Assembly: GCA_039545335.1 (NCBI GenBank)
Contig: BCIN01000001.1
Span: 1,410,604 to 1,474,603, forward strand
Reading direction: 5' to 3'
Source of the DNA: Kondoa subrosea
Lineage: Eukaryota
DNA: 64,000 bases
In this document: positions 29,982-40,780 of the stretch, in pieces
How positions within the stretch are numbered: the stretch's first letter is position 1
Layout: every line of letters begins with the position of its first letter
Position numbers and translations under genes: made by a program
The notes under the pieces: model-generated
Databases searched by the model: none
The model's input: the letters and a program-made list of their open reading frames with translations, nothing else
What the model was told of the DNA's origin: nothing

Positions 29982-30197
29982 ATGTCAGAAGAAGCTTCGC
30001 AGCTCTTGCAAGACTTTGTATTCTCACTCGACAATCTGCCTTCTGAAGTGTCGCATATTCTGGCCGAGATTGCTCACAAAGAGCATCGTTTCCAAGAACA
30101 TCGCAGTAGAATCAGTCGAAGGGATGGCTCAATTCAGAAACATCACAAGTCCCCATCTTTGCTTGTTGAAAACCCAAAAGAAGTTTGCAGAAAATGA
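29982..30197 (+). pseudogene. Truncated ING3/Yng2-like N-terminal fragment, copy 2
   Basis: Same peptide as copy 1 up to ENPKEV, then CRK*. Confidence 0.8.
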
Positions 30198-30245
30198 GTA
30201 CAGAGGTTTAACACAGCAAAAAGGAATCGGCTTGCCTCCTAGACC

Positions 30246-30771
30246 TAGATCGCGCATGTTCACGCCTAGCCGTCGAGATTCATCTTCATCCTGAGTAATA
30301 CCGGCTCGCTCGCGTGCAGCTGCAACACGCCCTTTTTCACCGCTACCAAAAGGACGAATCTTGTAAATACGAGATTCCATTTCTTCAATCTCTTCTTCTG
30401 AAATGTTTTCGGCTAAAGCCAAGTCGACGATACAGCTAGCAGTAGACTCAGCTCCTTCGTCCATGACAGAGAAGAGGCAAATCACATACTCTTTCAGCAC
30501 TTGATCGCACATGGGAACAATCTCTTGTGGATTTGAACGAAGCCAACGTTCAAGCTTCTTTGTCGGCGGAAACGCTGCGAGATTGACCATGTCCAAGTTC
30601 AGATTGGTCTGCGATGTGATTCGCATAGTTCGAAGGCTATCGAAAATGTTAGCTTTTATTTAGTAGCAGCTGCACGACGGGAATGACTGACTAATGCTCA
30701 TACAAGAGTTGTTCGGGATCTTCAAAGGCTGCTGACGCAGGTAAAGGTATGCCTCGATCCTGTGCATATTG
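30246..30771 (-). pseudogene. MCM4: Internal fragment of MCM4 N-terminal domain retaining two introns; no start and no AAA+ domain
   Basis: Spliced translation EQLLYEHYLRTMRITSQTNLNLDMVNLAAFPPTKKL..PQEIVPMCDQVLKDCIVDLA..EIEEMESRIYKIRPFG..GVNMRDL matches fungal Mcm4 and breaks off after NMRDL. Confidence 0.85.
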
Positions 30772-31288
30772 GCAAAGTGAGTCTCCCCTTCTTGCATGGC
30801 TGTATGCAGCTGATCACAGTGACAGCATCGCGATAAAGCAGAGAATAAGGTCATAGCGTCCATCTCGCTAGGAGCTGAGCGAGATTTCATCATGCAGCAT
30901 GACAAACACATCAAAGGTGAAGACGTTCTAGAAGATGGAACGATCATGCGAAAGCGCTGGCCGCTGACGAATGGAAGTTTGCTCATCATGCAAGGAGATA
31001 CGCAGAAACATTGGAAGCACGAGATTGTAGGCCTATTTTTCATTCAAAGATTGCAGAAGAGGTAATCTGATGTAACGATGAGCAGCCTAAGCAACTGAAG
31101 ATCAAGAATTCCAGAATATCACTTACCGTCAGGCAATACTATTGAAGCTGACTGGATGAAGCACTAAAGACACTTGTCCAGCAGAAACGAAATTGGAGCA
31201 GTAAAATATTCCGAGATGTTATTGTAAATCCAGCATGTCCTCTTGTCGTAATTCGCATCTGTATTGTATAAGCCTCTTCTCAACAATT

Positions 31289-31836
31289 TTAGACATCCGC
31301 TCGCCTACCTCTATCATACCAATGTTCTTCACTAATCTTGACCAGATCAACATCCTCAACGTCGTCAGTGAACCATCTCTCGCCTTCGGAAATCTGATAA
31401 TCGTTTCCTGACATCTGCCTCTTTCTCGTCTTGCCTGCGGTATCAAAAGTCCAATCCTCTAATCCATAACATCTCCACCAAATCCCAGTTTGCGCATGTT
31501 TGTATTCATCTATTCCAAATCCATAAGCTCTCCGAAACACGATAAATAGAAGCACAGTTGCCAAAAACTCACACCAAAATTCAACAGCAATCTTATTTGT
31601 CGTAAAAGCGAACAATTTGTTCCTCAATCGACAACACGTTTCTTTCCTCCATTTCTCAGTTAGAAATTTCACATGGCTTCCCTTCCGATAAAGAAGTCCG
31701 TTCTGTTCCTCCAAATCGAATCTTCAGTATAAGCTAAACTGCAAGCCAAAGGATCTTGAGCGTTCCATAAGGTTTGAGCGGCTTTCACTTTCTGATGTGC
31801 TGATTCCGCTGTGAATGGTGGAGCGAGGGAAGCCAT
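31289..31836 (-). pseudogene. DUF1348 (SnoaL/NTF2-like) gene with a 1-nt frameshift
   Basis: MASLAPPFTAESAHQKVKAAQTLWN..YTEDSIWRNR..GREAM* then, in another frame, VKFLTEKW..LFAF..KIAVEFWYEY..WWRCYGLEDWTF..RKRQMSGND. Shift at about 31672. Confidence 0.8.
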
Positions 31837-32002
31837 GATTTGAGGTCGACGTAACGGGACGAAAGATAATTCAGATTATCGGCTTCGGGAGTGAGATAAA
31901 GTCAGTTTTTGTGACTTAGTAAGCGATCCAAGCGGGAAAGAGTGAATGTTGATTCTTGATGACAGGATGCGCATAGAGACGTTGTTGAGGTCTTTGTTGA
32001 GA

Positions 32003-33373
32003 TTATGCTGGAGGGTAAAATCCAACCCAAAGCACGACTGAATTGGGACTCCAAATCAGGCAATACATCAGCCAATGCTTGCCCCATCTAGACTTGGTCG
32101 CCAGAAGATGAGCGGCATACCAATATGGTACCGGGTTCGTTGCGATGAGTCTCAGGCAGATTTGAACATGTGAAGCGAAACATAGAATGCAGGTCAGAGC
32201 TGTCGACAGATGAATGTAAGGGAGTAGACGAGAATTTGCGAGAAAGCCTGAACTGGTACGCGATTCAGGTGCAATGACTTGATCGAAGATTGGTAAATTC
32301 ATTCGCGATTTGTAGTACCAATAACTTGCGCCGAAAGAAAGGACGATACAGGCGCCGAAAGAACGAATAGAGACAATTGCAGGAAGGTCCAGTATCGGAA
32401 GAGTCCGACGTCCATGTGTTAGAGGTCAATGCATGTCAATAACGTCTCCTAAAGACACCTACCAATAATGAGATTGTACAAAGCTGTATACCGACGGTAT
32501 CATACTATCACACCAAGGTCTTGGTTCAAATGAGTTGATGCAGAATGTTTCGAAACCTTGCAACTGGCGCCAAAGGAATGGAAAAATGGTGACCAAAGTT
32601 CCTATTGCAGCTAACGATCCTTGTATACGTGACAGTACCACAACCTAGAGTCTCAATAAGCGAAGCTCTATCTTTCATCAAGGTTACTGACGACTAGGCT
32701 TTTCTGAATATGTCGGTACACCAAGAATCCAGCGTTGAGAATACCATTTGCTCTAAAACACGTAGCACCAGCAAAGAAGACGACGGCCGAAGCTATTCGA
32801 TCCTTCTCCATCAAGATCATACCTGCGAATGCGAAAAGAGCGAAGAAAGGTTCATTGTAGGGAGTACCAAAGTCGCTGGAGACGGAGTGAAGCAGTATAG
32901 GATGGTAGCCTGCTTAGCTAGCTTCTGACTTTGGAGCACGCGTAGCGACAGCCTGAAGCAAGAGAGACTAAGCAAAAACGCGCGAGCAGGACATGGGAAA
33001 AGAGAGGGCACCTATGAAAGATCATGACAGACAAGACAGAGCAACACAGAGCCAGAATAGATGTCCAGAAGATAGCTCGACCAGTAGTATAGGATAGAAT
33101 ACCAGAGCAAGTACCAAAGAAGCGCATCATTTGAGGCAAAGCTGGCATGAAAGCATACTCTTGTTCCAACGTGTAGCCATTCCTCGCTATTCTTTCAAAG
33201 TGCAACGCGTCCCATCTCAACAGTCCTTGCAGCCACAGATCATCCTTTGACTTGACTTGACTTGCAGATTCGTCGAAAGCTGGTACAAAGTAAGGCAGCC
33301 CTAGTAAGCTGATCCAAGTGATTGTCCGAGTTGCTGTAGCCAAAAGAAGCACTTGCAGATCATCTGAGAGCAT
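32003..33373 (-). CDS. GPI18: GPI mannosyltransferase II (PIG-V)
   Basis: LLRWDALHFERIARNGYTLEQEYAFMP, FTPSPATL, RPWC...PSVYSFVQSHYW, HVQICLRL and FYPPA*. Confidence 0.93.
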
Positions 33374-33479
33374 ATCACAGTGCACAAGACGCGGTTCAGA
33401 ACAAGGAGCAATTTCCTATTTTCATCTCGAGCAAGCATGTCAAGCTTTGGCCGCCTGAAGTAGCGTTGCAAAAGTCGAC

Positions 33480-35053
33480 ATGGCATTGATATTGCGATCG
33501 ATATCCAGTCTGGTCTCGTGTGTGTCATTGTCCTTCCGCTGCTGATTCGCTGAAATTGTGCATATGAAGACTTTCGAGCTGGATCCAAATCCTAGTCTAC
33601 CTTCCGCTGACGCAAGATCTGGCTGGTCGCAGAGTATTCTTGGTCCTTTCACTGGTTCCTTGCTCTTATTATACTCTCAAGTCCTCTCTCCTCTTAGTGT
33701 TCAGCAACACAAGACTTTCCCTGCTTCCTGGATTACTGAGCTTACTACAATCACTTGCCGTTCCGGCGCTCTTTCTACTATGCTTGAATATCTATTCCAT
33801 GCCTCCGAATTCGAAAGATTCACCTGTAATCTTTACAACGAACGATCTCCTCTACAGAGTACCAGATTACTGGGAACTGACTCTCAAGTGGCTATCACCC
33901 GTATTCGCTATATTCGCGGCAATGTAAGTACATGTCGCATGTTAATTTTCCTGTTTGACAAACGAGCTCTAGATCAACTGTTTTGGTCGCCCAAACGGCA
34001 GGGCATGTTTCAACCTACCTAGTAGAAGAAAGAAGCGAAAGTTGGCAATTCTCTTCCTCATCGCAGCATCTGCAGTCTACGTGATCTCCGCTTGGAATCT
34101 CTTTGAAGCCTATTCTTTCGCAGCAAGAGAAGCTATAAACGCAACTCTCATAGGTGTTTCAATCACATCAGTTCTCTTCCTTAGTGGCATCGCATTTGCC
34201 TTGAGAAGAGGAAGCGTAGTCGAAGCATGTTTGATATTAGCTTACAATGTTCTGAAGTATGTCTTTCATTCATCACTTTACAGCAACATCTGACGTGTCT
34301 ACAGCATCTATTTCCTTTCCTCTTCAGACTACCCGTCATTGTTCGCCTCGCTTAGTTCACTGAAATCAACAAATCCTTCATTACCGCCTGCCTTGCTTCA
34401 GTCAATAACCACTCTAGTCACTGTAATCTGTGAGAAGTTCGGACAAGGCTTGGATCTTCTAGAGGCTGCGTAAGCCTGTGTCCCTTGATTTCGCCATTAC
34501 GATTATTAACTTGTTTAGAATAGAGTGTCAGCTTTACCTATGCCCATCCTCGTTGGAGTAGTGTCTCGAATAACAGTCATGTATGGAGCTGGAGTAAAGC
34601 TACTGGCGGTCAAAAGGGGTCGAGAAGGCTATCAAGCGAATAAAAGGTTGAGCGAGGAAGCTCCGGAAATGAGGCCTTAAATTGTTGTGTTGGGTTATTC
34701 GAGAGTGTGAGTCGCTCTGCAGTGAATGGCAGAGGTTAGGCTGACAAGTAGACAGGATATTCATTGCTGTTTATACCCATCTGTTATGTTAGCGCTGTCT
34801 CCATTCCTGACCCATGTTCCACTGCTCACAATTGTCTTGTTCAGTATTGGATAGCAACACAACGATTTTCTGGAAGTGGCAAGTCTCTTGATAGATTGCT
34901 CTACGATCTTGTAGCTGATTCATCTTTTGTAGGCTGAGCGTGGGTTCGACAAACGTGTTATGGGCGCTCGAAATCATATTGAGTGGGGAGGGATCGGACA
35001 ATGATGCAGTAATCAACGCTGTCGTAAGAGGTTTACAACTGAAAAGAGATTAA
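33480..35053 (+). CDS. ICE2: ICE2-family ER membrane protein
   Basis: QILVYLPLT.DLAG, multiple TM segments, ATLIGVSITSVLFLSGIAFALRRGSVVE and a late W..VFTTL-like segment. Confidence 0.8.
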
Positions 35054-35251
35054 ACATATTTGCACGGAATGTCGTCGTCAAGTCAAAACCGCTAGGTTCA
35101 CTCTTGATAACAGCTCGTTACATTGCAGCGCGTTTTGTGCAAACCTTTCCCACTGTCTCTCAACTCAACGTGTCTTTTGCAGATGCCCATTTGACCAAAA
35201 TCTGCCTGGAAAATCAGTCCCGCTTGATTTTCGGTATAGAGTCCGTCTGAC

Positions 35252-36575
35252 CTAATCATCCTCCTCATCATCTACATCATCATTACCTTGTCGAGCAAGC
35301 GTAGTTCGAAAAGTCGCGAATCCATTTCTGAAGATGATATCAATCATTTTCTGACTGTGAGGAGTCCTAATGCTGTTGTGCGAGCCTTTTGGGGGTAGAG
35401 ATCGAGTGGCGACGGTAGACATAATCTCCTCTGCTGGTGAAGGGCTGTCATGAAGCGAAGATAATGGAGAAGACTGTTCGTCCATCGGCTGATCATCTTC
35501 CACTTCATCAGCGCGTCGAACGACAATAGTAGGCAAGCTTTTGATAGTCTTGAAGTGATTGTGTTCCAAATGATATTTCATGACCTCCCTGTCGAGATCT
35601 TTCATTAGTAGTCGAGACGCCAAAGATTTACCAACTTACCATCTATTGGAATCAAGTCGATGCACAGTGATCTTGGCTTGGCAGCCAGTAAAACCAGCCT
35701 TTCCCTTCCCTTAGATCAAGGGGATCAAGGTAAAATCCAACACGAAGTATAAGAAGAACGCACTGCCTTTGACACACCCGTAATCGACCTGAAAGATGCC
35801 ACCACTAGTCGTTCTGGATTTTAGATTACCGAACTGATACTCTGAAGGGTTTTGATTGGCCTGAGTTGTAAAAAGGTCGGGCCAGGCTTGACTAAGGAAG
35901 TGAAAAGGGCTCACACTGTTACAGCGTTCCTCTATATCTGCCCTAGACTTGAACACTGTCCCGATTGGAGGAAACTCATCTTCGACTTGCTCTTCTAAGT
36001 TTTCGACTGCTGCCTCATCGGTTTCGAATGTGCCCTCTTCGTCGCAAGAATCATGATCGTTCGTAGCAGGAGTAGAAGCGGTGATGTCGGTCAAGGCAAA
36101 AGAAGGAGAGCGAGACCGTTTGATACGCTTTGGTTGTACTTCTTCATCTTCGGATGAGGAATCGTCATAAATGGTCTCAGTTCTGACCGAACGGCGTCGA
36201 GATCTTTGAGCATGATCCAGAGTAATAGAAGCAATACTCCTGATCAATAATAAGCTGTTGGAAAGATTGTAGCATGAGAATTGACACACCATTCACCATC
36301 AACGTCGGATTGATCAACAGGTACAGCTCGAACACTTGCAGAACAGCGCGAGGAACAATGACAGGTGTATCGAGCGAACTTTGACTTCTGCTCAGAGCTT
36401 GTACGTGAAGCAGAGATACGAAAAGATCCTTCAAGCGCTTTTGATCTTATCTGTTAGGAGCATGCCAAGTAGACTGTAGTGTAGACTGTATAGGGACCAT
36501 GTAAAGAAAATGTAGCCAAGAATAGCGTCGAACCTCTTCTTCGTCGCGAGGGGCGACCGATTTAATGCGTTTCAT
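35252..36575 (-). CDS. Protein with two Mutator/FAR1/AFT-like (WRKY-GCM1 fold) zinc-ribbon domains and no DDE transposase domain
   Basis: Spliced repeats YTCHCSSRCSASVRA...EWSIASITLDH and PPIGTVFKS...YGCVKG..TGCQAKITV...RWEVMKYHLEHNH. Start codon uncertain. Confidence 0.65.
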
Positions 36576-37014
36576 CACAGCGCTAATATAATGACTTGGC
36601 TGCTATCTGCTCCTCTCCTGACGTCCACCTCAGCTTTTGACAACTCCCTCTGCTCGTTATTTCGTTCTTGACCGAGCCTTTTCGCTGGATCGAGGTTTTG
36701 GTCTTTGCTTCTCGCCCTTTCTCTCTTCAGGCTTGACGCTTACCTTCACGACGAATAACTTAGAGCTGGCTCGTGCGTCACTCACTTAGAGGCAGCCAAA
36801 AGAAGCTGATTAATGTCAAGACAGTCTCTCACGAGTTCTCCCTTCACTCTTATCTCCTTGACGAAGATACAGCAGTATCTATACCTCTGGCAGGTATTAT
36901 ATACGGTAAGAAGAACAAACCCTCAACTTCAAGAGCAGGTTGTGAGTCTTGAAGATTAATCTGCAACGAATACGCATTGACTACTCAATGGAAACTAGTC
37001 ACTAAAGTCTCAGC

Positions 37015-39338
37015 ATGAAGCGATCCATATCTACATTCCTGTTCTGTACACTCTTTATCTTCTGCTCTTTCGCTCAGCTCACGCAAGCTGCATCTCATCA
37101 TCACAACTCGAATTCGCAACAGCACAGACGATACGTCAAAGCAAACGATAACCCACCTCATGCTCAACCCAAAGCGAAATCTTTCAAACGTTACGTCATT
37201 CCAAACAAGCATCTAGTCAATTTGAAGAACGGTTCCAAAGATTTTCGAGCTCGTCGATCAGAAATCGAATCTACTTTCAAACATTCCGCCACTCAAGTGA
37301 AGCTGAGACGAGCTGCTGATCATCCTGATTTGGTAAAAAAGAAACGAGATATCCATCCACTTTTGTACTGGACCCAGCATTACAATCGAGCTTTGGGTAG
37401 ACAGATCAAAGGGCTTGGATCTGATGATTTGCAGAAAAGGGCTGCTGGTTTGAACAAGCACCATGAAGCTTCGGAAAAACGTATGCACAAGAGATGGCAA
37501 TCTATTTATGGCGATTCCCAAAAGATGAAGCTGAAGAAGAGGCACATTCTCGTGCGGTTTCTTAATGATGTGCTGTATATGCAGCTCCTTACGTTGAGAA
37601 CTTGCACAGTCTGGTCTAGTAAGAGACTCCAATATTCTTGGCGGTCCGATTGGCGGAGCAGCTCGTAAAATGCTCGACAAGCCTCATATCAGTTTACCTA
37701 TGGGTATCAGCAATCATGCTGCAGCTGTACCCAGTCCATTAGTAGCTGCTGCTGATGGATCAGTCACAAACAACGAGAACGCTGCTGGCTTCACGAAGAA
37801 AGAATTGGACATTGCTTTGGCTGCAACTTTGACTCAACCAGATGGACGTAAGTTCACCTTTTGTTCGAAGCCGCCTGTACGCTAAAGCTATATCTCAGCC
37901 CTGGGACAGGATTCTGTCGGGCTAGTCATCGAAGCGAACGATGTCGGCTACTTTGCACCTATTCAGATTGGAACACCTTCCAGAGCTTTCAATATCCTCA
38001 TGGACAGTGGTTCAGCTGATTTTTGGGTTCCTTCCCAGCTTTGCAATGACGACAAAACCTGCGGTGGCCACACCACTCTAGGCAGTCATTCCTCAACTTC
38101 TTTCGCTGTCTCTGACCCAGTTCAACCATTCCAAGTCACTTATGGTAAAGTTCCTTTTTGTCACAGTGCGAAATTTGAGCTCACTGTGTAATTAGGGACG
38201 GGAGAAGTCGAAGGTGCTTTGGCAACAGATACAGTAGCTATCGTCGCTGGTGGTCTAGCAGTTCAGAACCTGACTTTTGGCGTCACTACTGCCGAATCAC
38301 CTGAATTCTCTGATTCTGATGTTCCATTTGATGGATTGATGGGTCTAGCGAAGGTTCGTTTCTTTGTGTTGATCTATCACTTAGTCCTGAGTGGTTACGA
38401 CAGGGCATGTTGAGCAATCAAGGAGTCCCGACTTTCATTGAGCGTTTAGTGTCGGATGGAAGTGTTGTGAGTCACATTCTATATACAAAGACGAGTACAT
38501 TTGACAACTATACGATTATTAGACGGCTGCTCAAGTTGGCTATCGTCTATCAAGTGCCTTGGATGATACAAATGAGTCAGAGATCACCTTCGGAGGAGTG
38601 GATACAGGTTGGTCGCGCTCTGATTGCTTGATTTTGTTGCTAAACTTTGATACAGCTCAATTTTCTGGTTCGCTGGTCGAATTGGACAATCAGAGCGATT
38701 TGGGTTTCTGGCAAGCAGCTCTTGATGGTGCAAGTGTGGACGGGCAGCAACTTTCACTGCAGTCGAAGACCGCTATCCTTGATACTGGGTGAGTTGACTT
38801 CCAACTCAGATTGAGCAAATGTTGAAAGTTTCACATAGTACTACTCTCATCGTTGCACCAGAAAAAGATGCGGAAGCTATACATGCTGCTATCCCTGGTT
38901 CTTCATCTGATGGTCAAGGAGGCTACATTATCCCTTGCACGTGAGTTGTTTTTCATGCTTTCTGCACATTTGGATGAGTATCTTATGTGACTATGCTACA
39001 GAACCGCTTCTGTCGTTTCGTTCAGCTTTGGCGGTGTTTCGTTCAACATGAAACCTTCTGATCTAACTTTTGTTCCTATTGACATCAATGATTTGACTGG
39101 AGATTGCCAAAGTACCATCAGTTCAGGTCAGATTGATAACGAGGGCAGTTGGTTGATAGGTGATGCTTGGTTAAAGAATGTACGTGTTTTGTCTTTTACT
39201 TTGTTTCGACACTCGCTAATTATTGCCATAGGTCTACTTTGCGTGAGTCTGATGCTGTGATAGTTCCGGAACCTTGCTGATTGATTTGACAGAACCGATG
39301 CCACTTCAAACAAGATGGGTTTAGCTGTAGTCAACTGA
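37015..39338 (+). CDS. Secreted pepsin-family (A1) aspartic protease with a long basic propeptide
   Basis: Signal peptide, YFAPIQIGTP, MDSGSADFWV, FDGLMGLA, AILDTGT and WLIGDAWLKNV. Confidence 0.95.
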
Positions 39339-39480
39339 ACCAGAGGGGAAGATGTTTGTACAGCATGAGGGCAAAAGAGAAATACTCGTTCGTTGCATTG
39401 AGAGATTGCTGGTCGCCTCTTCGCACTTCAGTGTCTCCGCGCATTGCGTATTTTGACTTTCTTGACCTCAAGCAAAGACT

Positions 39481-40551
39481 ATGAGGTTTTCGATATTTGG
39501 AGCTCTGCTCTTCTCAGCAGCAGCTGTAACGAACGCTTCGCTCTTCTCTAGCAAGCCTGATCTAGTTAGTCATAGCGTCAGACGAGGTGCAACACACTGA
39601 ATTTCGTATTTCTAACAGGAAGTCAAATCCAGCTTTGGAGAAGCTAATCCTTACAATCATGTCATCAATGGGCAGCATGTGTGTCGAGAGCGTCCTCAGA
39701 GCGTTCCATTACTGATATTTGGCTTGTTTCTGATGCATAGAACAAGCTCAATGTAGTCTTGATCAATCACTCGTGTGTCGCTCGTGATCCGCAACTAAGT
39801 CTAGCACTGATTCTTTGTGTGCAGGTCCAAAGTATTGGAAGTCAAGTTCGTTTCTGGAGCTTTCAGGGAGATTGGCGGAAAAGAGAAATACCTCAAGAAC
39901 ACGACTACCGCTAAATACAATATCAGATTACCTCCTTCCCCTAACAATGCACCAGCTCCTTTGACTTATAGCTTTTATTCGGAAACGAAACCTCAAGAAC
40001 TCAATTTGAATGTCTGGGTTGATTATAATGTTGAAGGAGTGAGTAACGGGGCGTCGGATTGAGGCTCAGACCTCATCTGAACTCTTGTTGATCACAGGAC
40101 AGCAAGATACACCGTGAAGTCGCATATGAAGGTCAAGTGACTATCGTTGAACAGCCCGGAAGCTGGTTTGATCCTGCTCTGTTCGTATTCCTCATCTTCA
40201 CATGCTATCGAAACTGAAATGACCTTGTACAGCCTTCTGGTCTACATTATCCTGCTCGGTCTGACTGCTATGGTTTCATTGATTGTATGGAACACCTACA
40301 TAGTCGGTAACAAGAAGAACAGACTTAACACCTGGTTCCGTGGACCTGATCGCAAGACTACTCGAGCTCCTGCTCCTGTTGCTGGTTTGGTAGAGAAAGT
40401 GGATAACTCGGAATGGATTCCTGCTCATCACAAACCTCAAGAAAAGAAGCGCAGAAACCCTACGAGCGATGGAGAGGCTACTAGTGGGACTGAATCTGCT
40501 GGTGCTAGACGAAGGAACGTTAGTGGAAAGGGAAAAGGAAAGGCCAAGTGA
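39481..40551 (+). CDS. IRC22: TRAP-alpha/Irc22-like type I ER membrane protein
   Basis: Signal peptide, F.E.NPYNHVING, SGAFRE, Y.FYSE.KPQEL, VTIVEQP.SWFDP, one TM segment and EWIP.HH tail. Confidence 0.8.
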
Positions 40552-40780
40552 AGCCAGAAAGTGGAACTATGTCAAATCGCAAAGCGAAGACCGCATAAAA
40601 CAGGACAAGCGGAAGCGAAGTGCACACCAGTATGCTCCCTCTCCAAGACTATCAAGCGAGAGCAACAGCTCAGGCAGAGAAAGGGGAACGAGCTGTATTT
40701 GTGAAAATGCAACTTATTATGAAGCAATGATCTGCGCATGCTATTGGCTCTAAGTTGGGCCTAAACATACTCTGACTGTT

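Larger units (their letters stand above)
27398..30185 (+). repeat. Dispersed direct repeat pair of about 280 bp (27398-27681 and 29908-30185) covering the upstream region and 5' CDS of an ING gene
   Basis: Aligned by eye: 9 mismatches in the 204 coding nt, with a more diverged, indel-containing upstream flank. Confidence 0.9.

Noticed and set aside
27398..30185. LTR retrotransposon bounded by the 280-bp direct repeats
   Set aside because: The repeats are ING gene sequence without TG..CA ends, PBS or PPT. The interior is an intron-rich gene with no gag or pol.
30129..30626. Novel 165-aa protein from the ORF track
   Set aside because: It is a read-through of an MCM4 fragment, an in-frame intron, junction DNA and antisense ING sequence.
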